Source of the DNA: Pseudomonadota bacterium
GTDB taxonomy: Bacteria; Pseudomonadota; Gammaproteobacteria; Pseudomonadales; Azotimanducaceae
Length of the DNA stretch: 64,000 nt
Reading direction: 5' to 3'
NCBI GenBank assembly: GCA_039028775.1
Contig: JBCCHL010000002.1
Span: forward strand, 44 to 64,043
The position numbers and the translations under genes are program-made. Shown piece by piece: positions 18,106-26,230 of the stretch. Each line of letters opens with the position of its first letter. Positions within the stretch are counted from its first letter, which is position 1. The notes under the pieces were generated by a model. It was not told the DNA's origin and ran no database searches. It worked only from the letters and a program-made list of their open reading frames with translations.

Positions 18106-20697
18106 TTAGAAGTCGTAAGAAACACGCAGCCCGATGGTTTGGGGGCGCGCGAGCGTCACACGCTCGACATCGAAGACAAAGCTACGCGCCAGTTCTGCCT
18201 CTTCATCGAACAGATTATCGATGAACAGTTCCGCCGACCAATTGTCCTTCTCAACCCCCGCTGTAAGCCCTACCAGCACCCAGCTCTCGACTTCGGAGTT
18301 GTTGATAACGATCACATCACTCTGCGCCTCGGACGAGAATGACACGTGGGGCATCACATGGAAGGTGTATCCCGAGTCCGCGTACCAGTTATAGCGCGCC
18401 CGCAGATTACCCTGGAAGCTCGGTGCAAAAGCGAGATCATCCCCTTCGCGCACGTCCTGGGTTGGGGTGATCACCTTGGTGATCTCGGAGTCGAGCACCG
18501 AGAAAGCGCCGCTGAGGGTCAGATTCTCCGACGCGTTCCAGATGAAATTACCCTCGACCCCGGTGATTTCCGCGTCGGCTGCATTATCAGAGAAAAATAG
18601 GTTGACGATGCTGGGATCGAAGATCGTGGTCTGCAGATTCTCGATCTCGACATGGAAGATGCTGCCATTAAAGCGCAGCGTGCGATCCAGTAAATCAAGC
18701 TTCCAGCCTACTTCGATGTTGATAACATCATCGGTCTCCAGTGCGAACGGGACTGTATAGCCGTTCGGGCCGGACGCCCCACCCGGACGGTTCAGCAAAC
18801 CCGGACGAAAACCTTCTGACCAGGTCGCGTAGATCAGCGTGTTGTCATCTGGCGTCCAGTTCAGCGTGAATTTGCCGATGATCCCGTCGGTCTCCGCAGC
18901 ATCCGGCGCCCGTAGCGCGCCGACCACCTGAGCGGGAGTAGCGGGATCATCTATATCGTCGAGTGTGTAGGTAATGTGCGTGGTCGGGTCGCAGCTACCG
19001 CGAAACGTGAAGCGGCCATCGCCGTTATACAGGTCGCTGATATCGGTCCCAAAGGCGTTGACATCCGCAGCTGAAAACGAGTTACAGAAGGAGCTGTTGG
19101 CGCTGCCCTCAAAATCCACCTCGATGTCGTACCAACGCAACCCGGCCGTGACCGAAAATTGATCGCTGAGATCCCATGACAACTCACCAAACACCCCCTT
19201 TTGCTCGTCAGTGCGTCGCACGTCATTGCGAAACGCGACATCCTCCGGAAAGGGACCATTGTCAGACCGGTAGCCGGTCATGAATGGGAAGTTGGGTTTG
19301 AAGGGACCGAACGGTTCTGCGATCGCAAAGCCGGGGTAGGTGAAATCGTTGCGCTCGGTCAGCTCCAGATCGCTGAAAAACAGGCCCCCGGTAAAGCGGA
19401 CGCCATGCTCTGCGGGTGTCGTCACCCGAAACTCGTGCGAAGCGACTTCGGTACGCGTGGTGGAATTGACCCACATGGTCGGCGCCTGGCAGGTACCGCT
19501 GGGTGCCGCCGCCCCGGGATAGGACACCGACCCATCGCAGATGTAGTACGGCAGGTACTGTCCGACGAACAGATAGTCGGTGTAGTCGACGAGTTGATCG
19601 GTATCACGATCCGTATAAGCGCCGGTATACAAGACACTCAATGCCCCCAATCGACCCTCGATGGTCCAGTTGCTGTTGGTAAACTCATCGGTGATCTTGT
19701 CTTGGGAAAATCGCTGGATCTCCATCTCGCCGAGATCCGGATCGGTAAAAAACACCCCATCTGAATCCAGGGATTGCTGCATGATCGAGGCACTGACAGT
19801 CCAGTCTTCATTGACGTCCCAGAGCGCGCTGAGGCGACCGCCCTGGTATTGGGTCTCGTTGACATTGCTGTCGCGCAAAGACTGTGATTGCAGGAAAGTC
19901 ACCCCGCTGAGGTCCGCTCCAGCCTGGAAGCCGGCGCGGTTTGTGGAGACTGGCTCACCGTTTTCACGCACCGTACCACCGGGGCGAAAGCGAGCGCTGT
20001 CACGCAGATCACGGGTGCCGGAAACCTGATCGATGTAGCCGCCCTGAGTATCGGTGTACCCCACCGCGCGCACCGCGAAGTTATCCGCGAGCGCCAGGTT
20101 CAGAACGCCCTCCAGCTTCAGACTGGGATCGCCGTCTTTGGTGAAGGCCGTGCCCACATCCACACTGCCGTATGTGCCGGTGGTGTCCGGCTTGTTGGTG
20201 ATCAGCCGTACATTCCCCGCCTGGGAACTCGCCCCGAACAGCGTGCCCTGAGGTCCGGACAGCACTTCGATGCGATTTAAATCAGCCGCGTAGACATCCA
20301 GGTTGCGCCCGGGCTGGGACAAGGGCTGTTCGTCGAGGTAAAAAGCCACATTGGGTGCAAGCCCTGCAACACCGGCGGTGGTCAGGTTCGGGGTGGTGGA
20401 GGCCAGACCGCGAATGTAGATAGTGCTCTGCCCCGGCCCGCTGCCGCCAGCCGTGACCCCGGGGAGTTGGATGAGATAGTCCTCAAAGGTGGCTATCCCC
20501 AAATCGTCCATAGCGTCTTCGGTAAGCGCCTGGACCGCAACCGCAACGTCCTGCAGAGGTACCGCCCGTTTGGTAGCAGTCACAATCACCTCTTCGATCT
20601 CGCGCTCGGCGGCGGCTGCAGGGACTGCCTGGGTGGCGGTCATCGAGGCGATGGCAGCGACTACAGCTCGGTTGATTTTAGTACGTTGAAATTCCAA
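18106..20697 (-). CDS. TonB-dependent receptor
   Basis: TTG 20697 after GGGAGGGG; signal peptide; EEVIVTATKR TonB box; RIEVLSGPQGTLFGASSQAG plug; ends SYDF. Confidence 0.92.
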   Translation of the reverse strand: MEFQRTKINRAVVAAIASMTATQAVPAAAAEREIEEVIVTATKRAVPLQDVAVAVQALTEDAMDDLGIATFEDYLIQLPGVTAGGSGPGQSTIYIRGLASTTPNLTTAGVAGLAPNVAFYLDEQPLSQPGRNLDVYAADLNRIEVLSGPQGTLFGASSQAGNVRLITNKPDTTGTYGSVDVGTAFTKDGDPSLKLEGVLNLALADNFAVRAVGYTDTQGGYIDQVSGTRDLRDSARFRPGGTVRENGEPVSTNRAGFQAGADLSGVTFLQSQSLRDSNVNETQYQGGRLSALWDVNEDWTVSASIMQQSLDSDGVFFTDPDLGEMEIQRFSQDKITDEFTNSNWTIEGRLGALSVLYTGAYTDRDTDQLVDYTDYLFVGQYLPYYICDGSVSYPGAAAPSGTCQAPTMWVNSTTRTEVASHEFRVTTPAEHGVRFTGGLFFSDLELTERNDFTYPGFAIAEPFGPFKPNFPFMTGYRSDNGPFPEDVAFRNDVRRTDEQKGVFGELSWDLSDQFSVTAGLRWYDIEVDFEGSANSSFCNSFSAADVNAFGTDISDLYNGDGRFTFRGSCDPTTHITYTLDDIDDPATPAQVVGALRAPDAAETDGIIGKFTLNWTPDDNTLIYATWSEGFRPGLLNRPGGASGPNGYTVPFALETDDVINIEVGWKLDLLDRTLRFNGSIFHVEIENLQTTIFDPSIVNLFFSDNAADAEITGVEGNFIWNASENLTLSGAFSVLDSEITKVITPTQDVREGDDLAFAPSFQGNLRARYNWYADSGYTFHVMPHVSFSSEAQSDVIVINNSEVESWVLVGLTAGVEKDNWSAELFIDNLFDEEAELARSFVFDVERVTLARPQTIGLRVSYDF

Positions 20698-20711
20698 AGG
20701 ACCCCTCCCCT

Positions 20712-20844
20712 GCTTAGTGTTCAAACTAAGCGTAAGACAAATAAAATAGTTATAAACATCCCGATAAGCCGCGAATCGTACCAGATAGACACACACAAAA
20801 CTATTGAACCCTAAAGGTCATCTCTATTAATCTTTAGAACTCAA
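20712..20844. promoter_or_regulatory. Three TTGA-N3-CTAA boxes (candidate MarR/CosR operators)
   Basis: 20714-20724 (minus, TTGAACACTAA, inside the palindrome GCTTAGT-N6-ACTAAGC), 20804-20814 (plus, TTGAACCCTAA), 20834-20844 (minus, TTGAGTTCTAA). Confidence 0.6.
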
Positions 20845-20980
20845 TGGAATAGTTTTGGCAGATAAACTGTCTAACTCCCGGATCAGTTTCGGCCGCCACT
20901 GGACGGGCTGCGGCAGAGACCGAGAGACGTGGCGGCTATACCGGAAAGAAACACGGATCATTCACCAAGGCCGAGGCTCG

Positions 20981-21487
20981 ATGTCAGAGATCAATCAGGA
21001 AGAGCAGGTACTCATCAGCTTGCGCCAGATCATCCGCGCGACCGATCTGTACTCGCGCCAACTCAACAAAAAAGTCGGCTTGACCGCACCACAACTTCTG
21101 GTCCTGCAGTCCATTCAGGGGCTGGGCGATGTATCGATCTCCAAGCTCTCCACCGAGGTCAGCCTCAGCCAGGCCACGGTCACCACAATCATCGACCGGC
21201 TCGAAAAACGCGATCTGGTCAGCCGCCATCGTTCCAGTCAGGATCGCCGCGTGGTGCACACAACGCTAACACCGAAGGGTCAAGAAATGATCGGGGAAGC
21301 CCCCACGCCCTTGCAGGACACCTTCGGCACCCGCTTCGCGCGCCTGGACGACTGGGAGAAGTCGATGATCGTGGCGGCGCTGCAGCGCGTGGCGAGCATG
21401 ATGAACGCAGAAGAAATCGACGCCTCTCCCGTCTTACACGTCGGCGCGACCATCGAACAATCCCAGGGCAACGAGCCTCCGACGTAA
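20981..21487 (+). CDS. MarR-family regulator, CosR/EctR1-like
   Basis: VLISLRQIIRATDLYSRQL...GLTAPQLLVLQ...LSQATVTTIIDRLEKRDLVSR...DRRVV...M..AEEIDASPVL. Confidence 0.85.
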   Translation: MSEINQEEQVLISLRQIIRATDLYSRQLNKKVGLTAPQLLVLQSIQGLGDVSISKLSTEVSLSQATVTTIIDRLEKRDLVSRHRSSQDRRVVHTTLTPKGQEMIGEAPTPLQDTFGTRFARLDDWEKSMIVAALQRVASMMNAEEIDASPVLHVGATIEQSQGNEPPT

Positions 21488-21684
21488 GTCAACCGCCCGC
21501 CGACCGGCTGGTCCACGGGCGAAATTCGCTGCATCGCGACACAGCGCAAGAGCAGCGCGCCTCAGAGTTTTCCGCACATCGATCTCGACGCACGCACCCG
21601 TGTCACCGACATGCGCGAACGAACAGGCATGCGCACGCGTACGACGAACGGCGCGCTCTCGCAATCCTGCAGGAAAGGTGAATG

Positions 21685-23118
21685 TCAGGCGTGGCCGGTC
21701 AGGCGCACGAGCGCCCCATCGATCTGCCGGCTGACCTTGGTGCAATTGCGGATCATCTCCACCTTGGGCCAGGTCGCGCGCTCCCCATCCTGAATCAGGT
21801 TATGGGCTTCCTGCTCCGAGAGCGGCGACAACAAGCGCGTCGGGTCGAAGAAGCGTTGCTGCGGGAGAATGTTGATGTCCGCTGTGTACTCCTGGGTGGC
21901 CAGGCCGAACATAGCGCGCGTGTAGACGTTCATCGGATAAAAGTTGCGTACCGTATCCATCACAAAGGGATAAACCGCGCGCATCCAGTCACGCACCGCC
22001 GACTGATAGATCGTGGTCCAGCGGCTGAGGAGATTCTTTTCCCCGTCCGGATCCTGCAACATCCAGAACACCATCGGGTTGGTCTGACTGGAAATGAAAT
22101 GGTTGATGCCGTAAAGCCGCGCGAGACGGCGGGCCGGCAGATCATCCGAAACCGACCCGTCGATCCACTTGCGCGATGGTACATAAGGTTGCCGCTCACC
22201 AGCCGCATTCCTGGCGTATAGCGTAACCGGCGAGAACACACCGGGCACCGCACAAGAAGCCAGCGCGGCTTCGCGGATCAGTGCATTGGGCGAGGTGGTC
22301 GCATTGAGCAGACGTGAGCGCTGATGGAGTCGTGACGGCGCAACGGACACGTTGATCGCATAACCGGTTTGTTCATAGGCTTCGAGAAACGTCATATCCG
22401 GGATGGCGGCCTGGATCATTTCATAAACGTCCTGCTGGCGCATGATCTGGGGCATGCCCCACCCACCCGACGTGCTGTTGGCTGCAGCATCGCGCATCAG
22501 GGTCGCACCGCGGGCGAGAATGCCTGGCAGTTCATCGGCGGCATGGGTGCCGATCACGGCTGCGACGACGGAACCGGCGCTGGAGCCCGACACCACCGAC
22601 GGCAACAGCTCCTGTTCGGCAAGCGCTTTTGCAACCCCGATGTGAAATGCGCCAAGGGAACCCGCTCCGCTGAACATCAGCGCCGAGCGGCCAAAACAAC
22701 CACGCGCACGCTGAAAGTAGTCTACCTTGGTGCGCTGATCGATCTCCGCCTCGGCAACCGCTTCAAAATCCGCCAGCGCGGCGACAATCTCATCGATATA
22801 GCGGGTGATCAGCTCCTTGGTACCCACCCGGGCCTTGGCATAGAGTTGCGGGGCCCCCATGCCACCCATGTTGCCATGCAGCCCTTCGTTCAGATAGAAC
22901 AGCAGGCGCTGAGCATCGCCGCTGGCGCGGGTTTCCACCAACTCATCGTAACGCGCCCGGATAACGCCGTAGTCATACAGGTTGCTGGTCTCTTCGCGCT
23001 TCCAGGCATCCAGCCCGCGACGCTCATCCTCCGCTTCCGCCCAGGCTAACCACTCGTCGTAGCTCTCCAGCACTTTGCCTCCAGTCGCCATACCCACAGT
23101 CGCTCCTTTCTTGTTCAT
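21685..23118 (-). CDS. Patatin-like phospholipase/TAG lipase with N-terminal DUF3336
   Basis: SGAGSLGAFHIGV oxyanion loop, GSSAG nucleophile motif, WIDGSV catalytic Asp, ISSQTNP. Confidence 0.88.
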   Translation of the reverse strand: MNKKGATVGMATGGKVLESYDEWLAWAEAEDERRGLDAWKREETSNLYDYGVIRARYDELVETRASGDAQRLLFYLNEGLHGNMGGMGAPQLYAKARVGTKELITRYIDEIVAALADFEAVAEAEIDQRTKVDYFQRARGCFGRSALMFSGAGSLGAFHIGVAKALAEQELLPSVVSGSSAGSVVAAVIGTHAADELPGILARGATLMRDAAANSTSGGWGMPQIMRQQDVYEMIQAAIPDMTFLEAYEQTGYAINVSVAPSRLHQRSRLLNATTSPNALIREAALASCAVPGVFSPVTLYARNAAGERQPYVPSRKWIDGSVSDDLPARRLARLYGINHFISSQTNPMVFWMLQDPDGEKNLLSRWTTIYQSAVRDWMRAVYPFVMDTVRNFYPMNVYTRAMFGLATQEYTADINILPQQRFFDPTRLLSPLSEQEAHNLIQDGERATWPKVEMIRNCTKVSRQIDGALVRLTGHA

Positions 23119-23276
23119 AGCCGCCTCGTCCGCCAAGGTCGTCACACCGCACCTCGAGCACCGCCAAGGCCGATGCAACCTGACAAGCAACTTTCGGGCC
23201 AACCAGGGGACTTCGTTGATACTCCGGGAAGATTAAACCGACGGAAACGACGCAGAGCAAGCACCCTGCGCACGCA

Positions 23277-24092
23277 CTATTCGAAGGCGGCTGCGGACTC
23301 CGCTTGGCGGTGGGAGATCACATTGCAGAAAGCGATGACCAATTCGGGCAACTGGCCGCGCAGCGCACAGCGCGCAAAACGATGATCACTGTTCGGCAAA
23401 ATTTCCAGCACGTGACGCTGGTGCGTACCCCGCAACTGCGCCCGCCCCCGCAGATGAGCGTGCCACCAGCGCGCTCGCTCTAGACGGGTCTCACCTTGCT
23501 CTGCGATCAGCTCATGTTGGCAAACCTGCCCATCCGTTTGTTGGTCATCTTCACCGACCAGGGTGAGGGTCGGCATCTGCAACAGTGCGGCGGAATCAAA
23601 GCGCAAATCGCTGAGATGTTCGCTCGCGCCCAGACCATAAGGGTAGGTTTGGCTCTGGGACAATGGCGTGTACCAGCCCGCGGAAGCGCAGATCAGGGCA
23701 CTGAGCTGATGCCCATGACTCAAGGCAAAACGATGGGCAAACTGCGCCCCCGCGGAAAAGCCGAATATGGGTACCCGTTGCGGTAGCGCAAACCCCAGGT
23801 CGCGCACGTCATTAAGAATCTCCAGCAGCGCCCGATCGGCACGCGCTTCCAGTCCATTACGACCCAGACGCTGATAGTCTTCATATGTTCGCGCATCGAA
23901 CACCGGTGCGATCAAGTTGATGTCCCGCCCCTGGGCGGGAGATGCAAACCAGCTCAACATACCCTCGACGTCGCGAGCCGCATCATGGATGAGAATCAGC
24001 CACTTCTGCGATTGGGGATCACAGATCTGGAGTTCATAGTTGATGTGTCCACGCGCTAGCCCGCGCAGGTAACGCTGCGATGCTGCAATCAT
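23277..24092 (-). CDS. Alpha/beta hydrolase
   Basis: GFSAGAQFAHRFA (GxSxG), LVGEDD, C-terminal NSDH; 9 bp downstream of DUF1611. Confidence 0.75.
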   Translation of the reverse strand: MIAASQRYLRGLARGHINYELQICDPQSQKWLILIHDAARDVEGMLSWFASPAQGRDINLIAPVFDARTYEDYQRLGRNGLEARADRALLEILNDVRDLGFALPQRVPIFGFSAGAQFAHRFALSHGHQLSALICASAGWYTPLSQSQTYPYGLGASEHLSDLRFDSAALLQMPTLTLVGEDDQQTDGQVCQHELIAEQGETRLERARWWHAHLRGRAQLRGTHQRHVLEILPNSDHRFARCALRGQLPELVIAFCNVISHRQAESAAAFE

Positions 24093-24101
24093 GCCGTGCT
24101 C

Positions 24102-25214
24102 CTAACTCGCTGCTAACAACTGTTTGATGGTCCCTGCGGACTGCAGATCCTCCTGCCGCCAGACCGGCAACCCAGTTGCCTCCTCTATTTCAGCCACACC
24201 GAGGGGGGATGCCGTAAACAGTCCGCTCAAGGCCGCCAATCGCAACCCATGGGCTTCCAGAATTTCGATCCCGGTCCGGGCGGACACGACCTCACCCGCT
24301 GCGAATATCAAACGCGGCTGTAGCGCTTTGAGCGTCGCGCAGGTGAGTAGGGGCAGACAGTTTTCGTGCAACAGACCATCGGCCAACTCCAGTAGGATCA
24401 CATCGACTTGGGCATCGCCCTCCGCCGTCGCCACCAGGGTGGCCAGTGAGCTCTCTATGCGGGCGGGCGAAAGCTGATAGGTGGAGGCAAGCCCGGCATC
24501 CGTGGCATCGAGGACCATGTCGGCCCCCGCATCCGCATAGTCCCACGGGTCATCGCCTGCGCCCGTACCGGTGACCTTGAGGGCGGCAACCCCCATGCCC
24601 GCGGCACACAGCCCGCGGGTCAACGCGGTGATAACGGTCGTTTTACCCACCTGCATCGCACTGCCGACCACGCAGATCACCGGTTTGCTGCCGACCGCCA
24701 CCGCCGGAGACAAGCCATAGTGGCTGAGGTTGAGCACCTCGCCCTTATGGTCGAGCAAAAAACCGTAGGGTGTGATCAGGGTGGGCTCTCTCCGAGGGCT
24801 GCGCGCCGCGATCACCCGTGCTGCCAATCCGCCGGATGCCACCAGATGACAGCTCCTCAGGTCCTCCGGCACCTGCGCCTCGAATACCCCCGGCGCCTGC
24901 AGATGGCCATAGGCAACCACCAAGCGGTCACCCGGGAACAACTGCGAGCGCCGGCCCGAAACCAGATGCAGCTTGGTGTGCTGCGCCACCCGATCGACTT
25001 GCGCGAGCAGCAGATCGCCGGCCGCCGGCCGCCGACGGGCCAACGCTGCGACACCACCGACATCGTCCTGCCAGACATTACGCGTGATGTAGGCCCACTT
25101 GGCTTCGGCGGAGAGCGGATGGCGGATCAAGCCTTCACCCACGCTACCGGTCCGTTCCGCACGCAGCTTGGCACGGTGGTTAGCTCGGTCTGCACTCGTA
25201 TCTGAAAGGACCAT
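24102..25214 (-). CDS. DUF1611-like P-loop protein
   Basis: VVGSAMQVGKTT, KVTGTGAGDD, DAGLASTY, LELADGLL; N-terminal PGDRLVVAYG...CHLVASGGLA. Confidence 0.7.
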   Translation of the reverse strand: MVLSDTSADRANHRAKLRAERTGSVGEGLIRHPLSAEAKWAYITRNVWQDDVGGVAALARRRPAAGDLLLAQVDRVAQHTKLHLVSGRRSQLFPGDRLVVAYGHLQAPGVFEAQVPEDLRSCHLVASGGLAARVIAARSPRREPTLITPYGFLLDHKGEVLNLSHYGLSPAVAVGSKPVICVVGSAMQVGKTTVITALTRGLCAAGMGVAALKVTGTGAGDDPWDYADAGADMVLDATDAGLASTYQLSPARIESSLATLVATAEGDAQVDVILLELADGLLHENCLPLLTCATLKALQPRLIFAAGEVVSARTGIEILEAHGLRLAALSGLFTASPLGVAEIEEATGLPVWRQEDLQSAGTIKQLLAAS

Positions 25215-25242
25215 CCCCGGCTCTCAAACTTACTGCCATATT

Positions 25243-25298
25243 TGGGAATATATTCCCATTATCGAGAACACGGAAGCAAAAATGGGAATAAATTCCCT
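25243..25298. promoter_or_regulatory. Two 16-bp palindromes, TGGGAATATATTCCCA and TGGGAATAAATTCCCT
   Basis: The first (25243-25258) is a perfect palindrome; the second (25283-25298) differs at 2 positions; 40 bp apart in the 155-bp gap between divergent DUF1611 and DUF6502 genes. Confidence 0.8.
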
Positions 25299-25369
25299 CT
25301 TTTTCGTAAGTTTTCACCTTATAATTCGCGGCACGGACCAGCACGACGGGGTGCATTGGCATAACTGGC

Positions 25370-26230
25370 ATGAGCGAAGGGGAACTACAGAAGCGCTTGC
25401 TCAAGGCAATGCGTCGCGCCCTGCGACCGTTGGTACGTATCATGCTGCGCAACGGCATTACCGCACAGACGTTTCAGGAGCTGGCGCGCAAAGAATTTGT
25501 GGATGTCGCGCATGAAGAATTTACCCTGCACGGCCGTAAGCAGACCGCTGCGCGCGTATCGGTCATCACGGGTCTCAGCCGCAAAGAAGTCAGTCGGCTG
25601 CAAGCGATACCGCCGCTGGACGATCAGGATCTGTCGTTCCGTAATCGCGCCTCAACGGTGTTGTCCAGCTGGGTGGTCGATCCAGACTTCAACGACAGCA
25701 AGGGCGATCCGTTGGATCTACCGTTTGATGGACCATCGCCTAACTTTTCCGATCTGGTAAAACGATACAGCGGGGACATGCAGCCACGGGCGATTGCGGA
25801 CGAGCTGATGCGCAACGGCGCGCTCGAAGTGATCGACCATCGCTATCGCATGGTCCGGCGCGGGTACGTGCCGCTGGATGACCCGTCAGCGATGATCGAT
25901 ATGCTCGGGACCGACACCGCCGAGCTCATCGAGACCATCGACTACAACATTCAGTCGGGCGACGACAAACGCCTTCAGGCCAAGGTCCTGGCCCAGAACG
26001 TTCCGGCAGTGCACCTGCCGGAATTTGATGCATTCTCCAAGCGCCTGGCGCGACACGTACTCGACGAATTGACCCATTGGCTGCGCGCCCGAGACGAGGG
26101 CGACGATTTCAGCGGCGAAGATCCGCGCTATGAGGTGGGCTTGGGGCTCTACCACATAACGCGGCTTGCCCGGGGGCAAGGTGATCCGCCCGAGGAATCC
26201 AGGAGTACACAACAGGAGAAAGGCACTTGA
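25370..26230 (+). CDS. DUF6502 family protein (probable HTH/wHTH DNA-binding protein)
   Basis: RLLKAMRRALRPLVRIMLRNGI...F.ELARKEFVDVA...RVSVITGLSRKEV, LPFDGPSPNFSDLVKRYSGD; typical neighbour of DUF5666. Confidence 0.75.
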   Translation: MSEGELQKRLLKAMRRALRPLVRIMLRNGITAQTFQELARKEFVDVAHEEFTLHGRKQTAARVSVITGLSRKEVSRLQAIPPLDDQDLSFRNRASTVLSSWVVDPDFNDSKGDPLDLPFDGPSPNFSDLVKRYSGDMQPRAIADELMRNGALEVIDHRYRMVRRGYVPLDDPSAMIDMLGTDTAELIETIDYNIQSGDDKRLQAKVLAQNVPAVHLPEFDAFSKRLARHVLDELTHWLRARDEGDDFSGEDPRYEVGLGLYHITRLARGQGDPPEESRSTQQEKGT

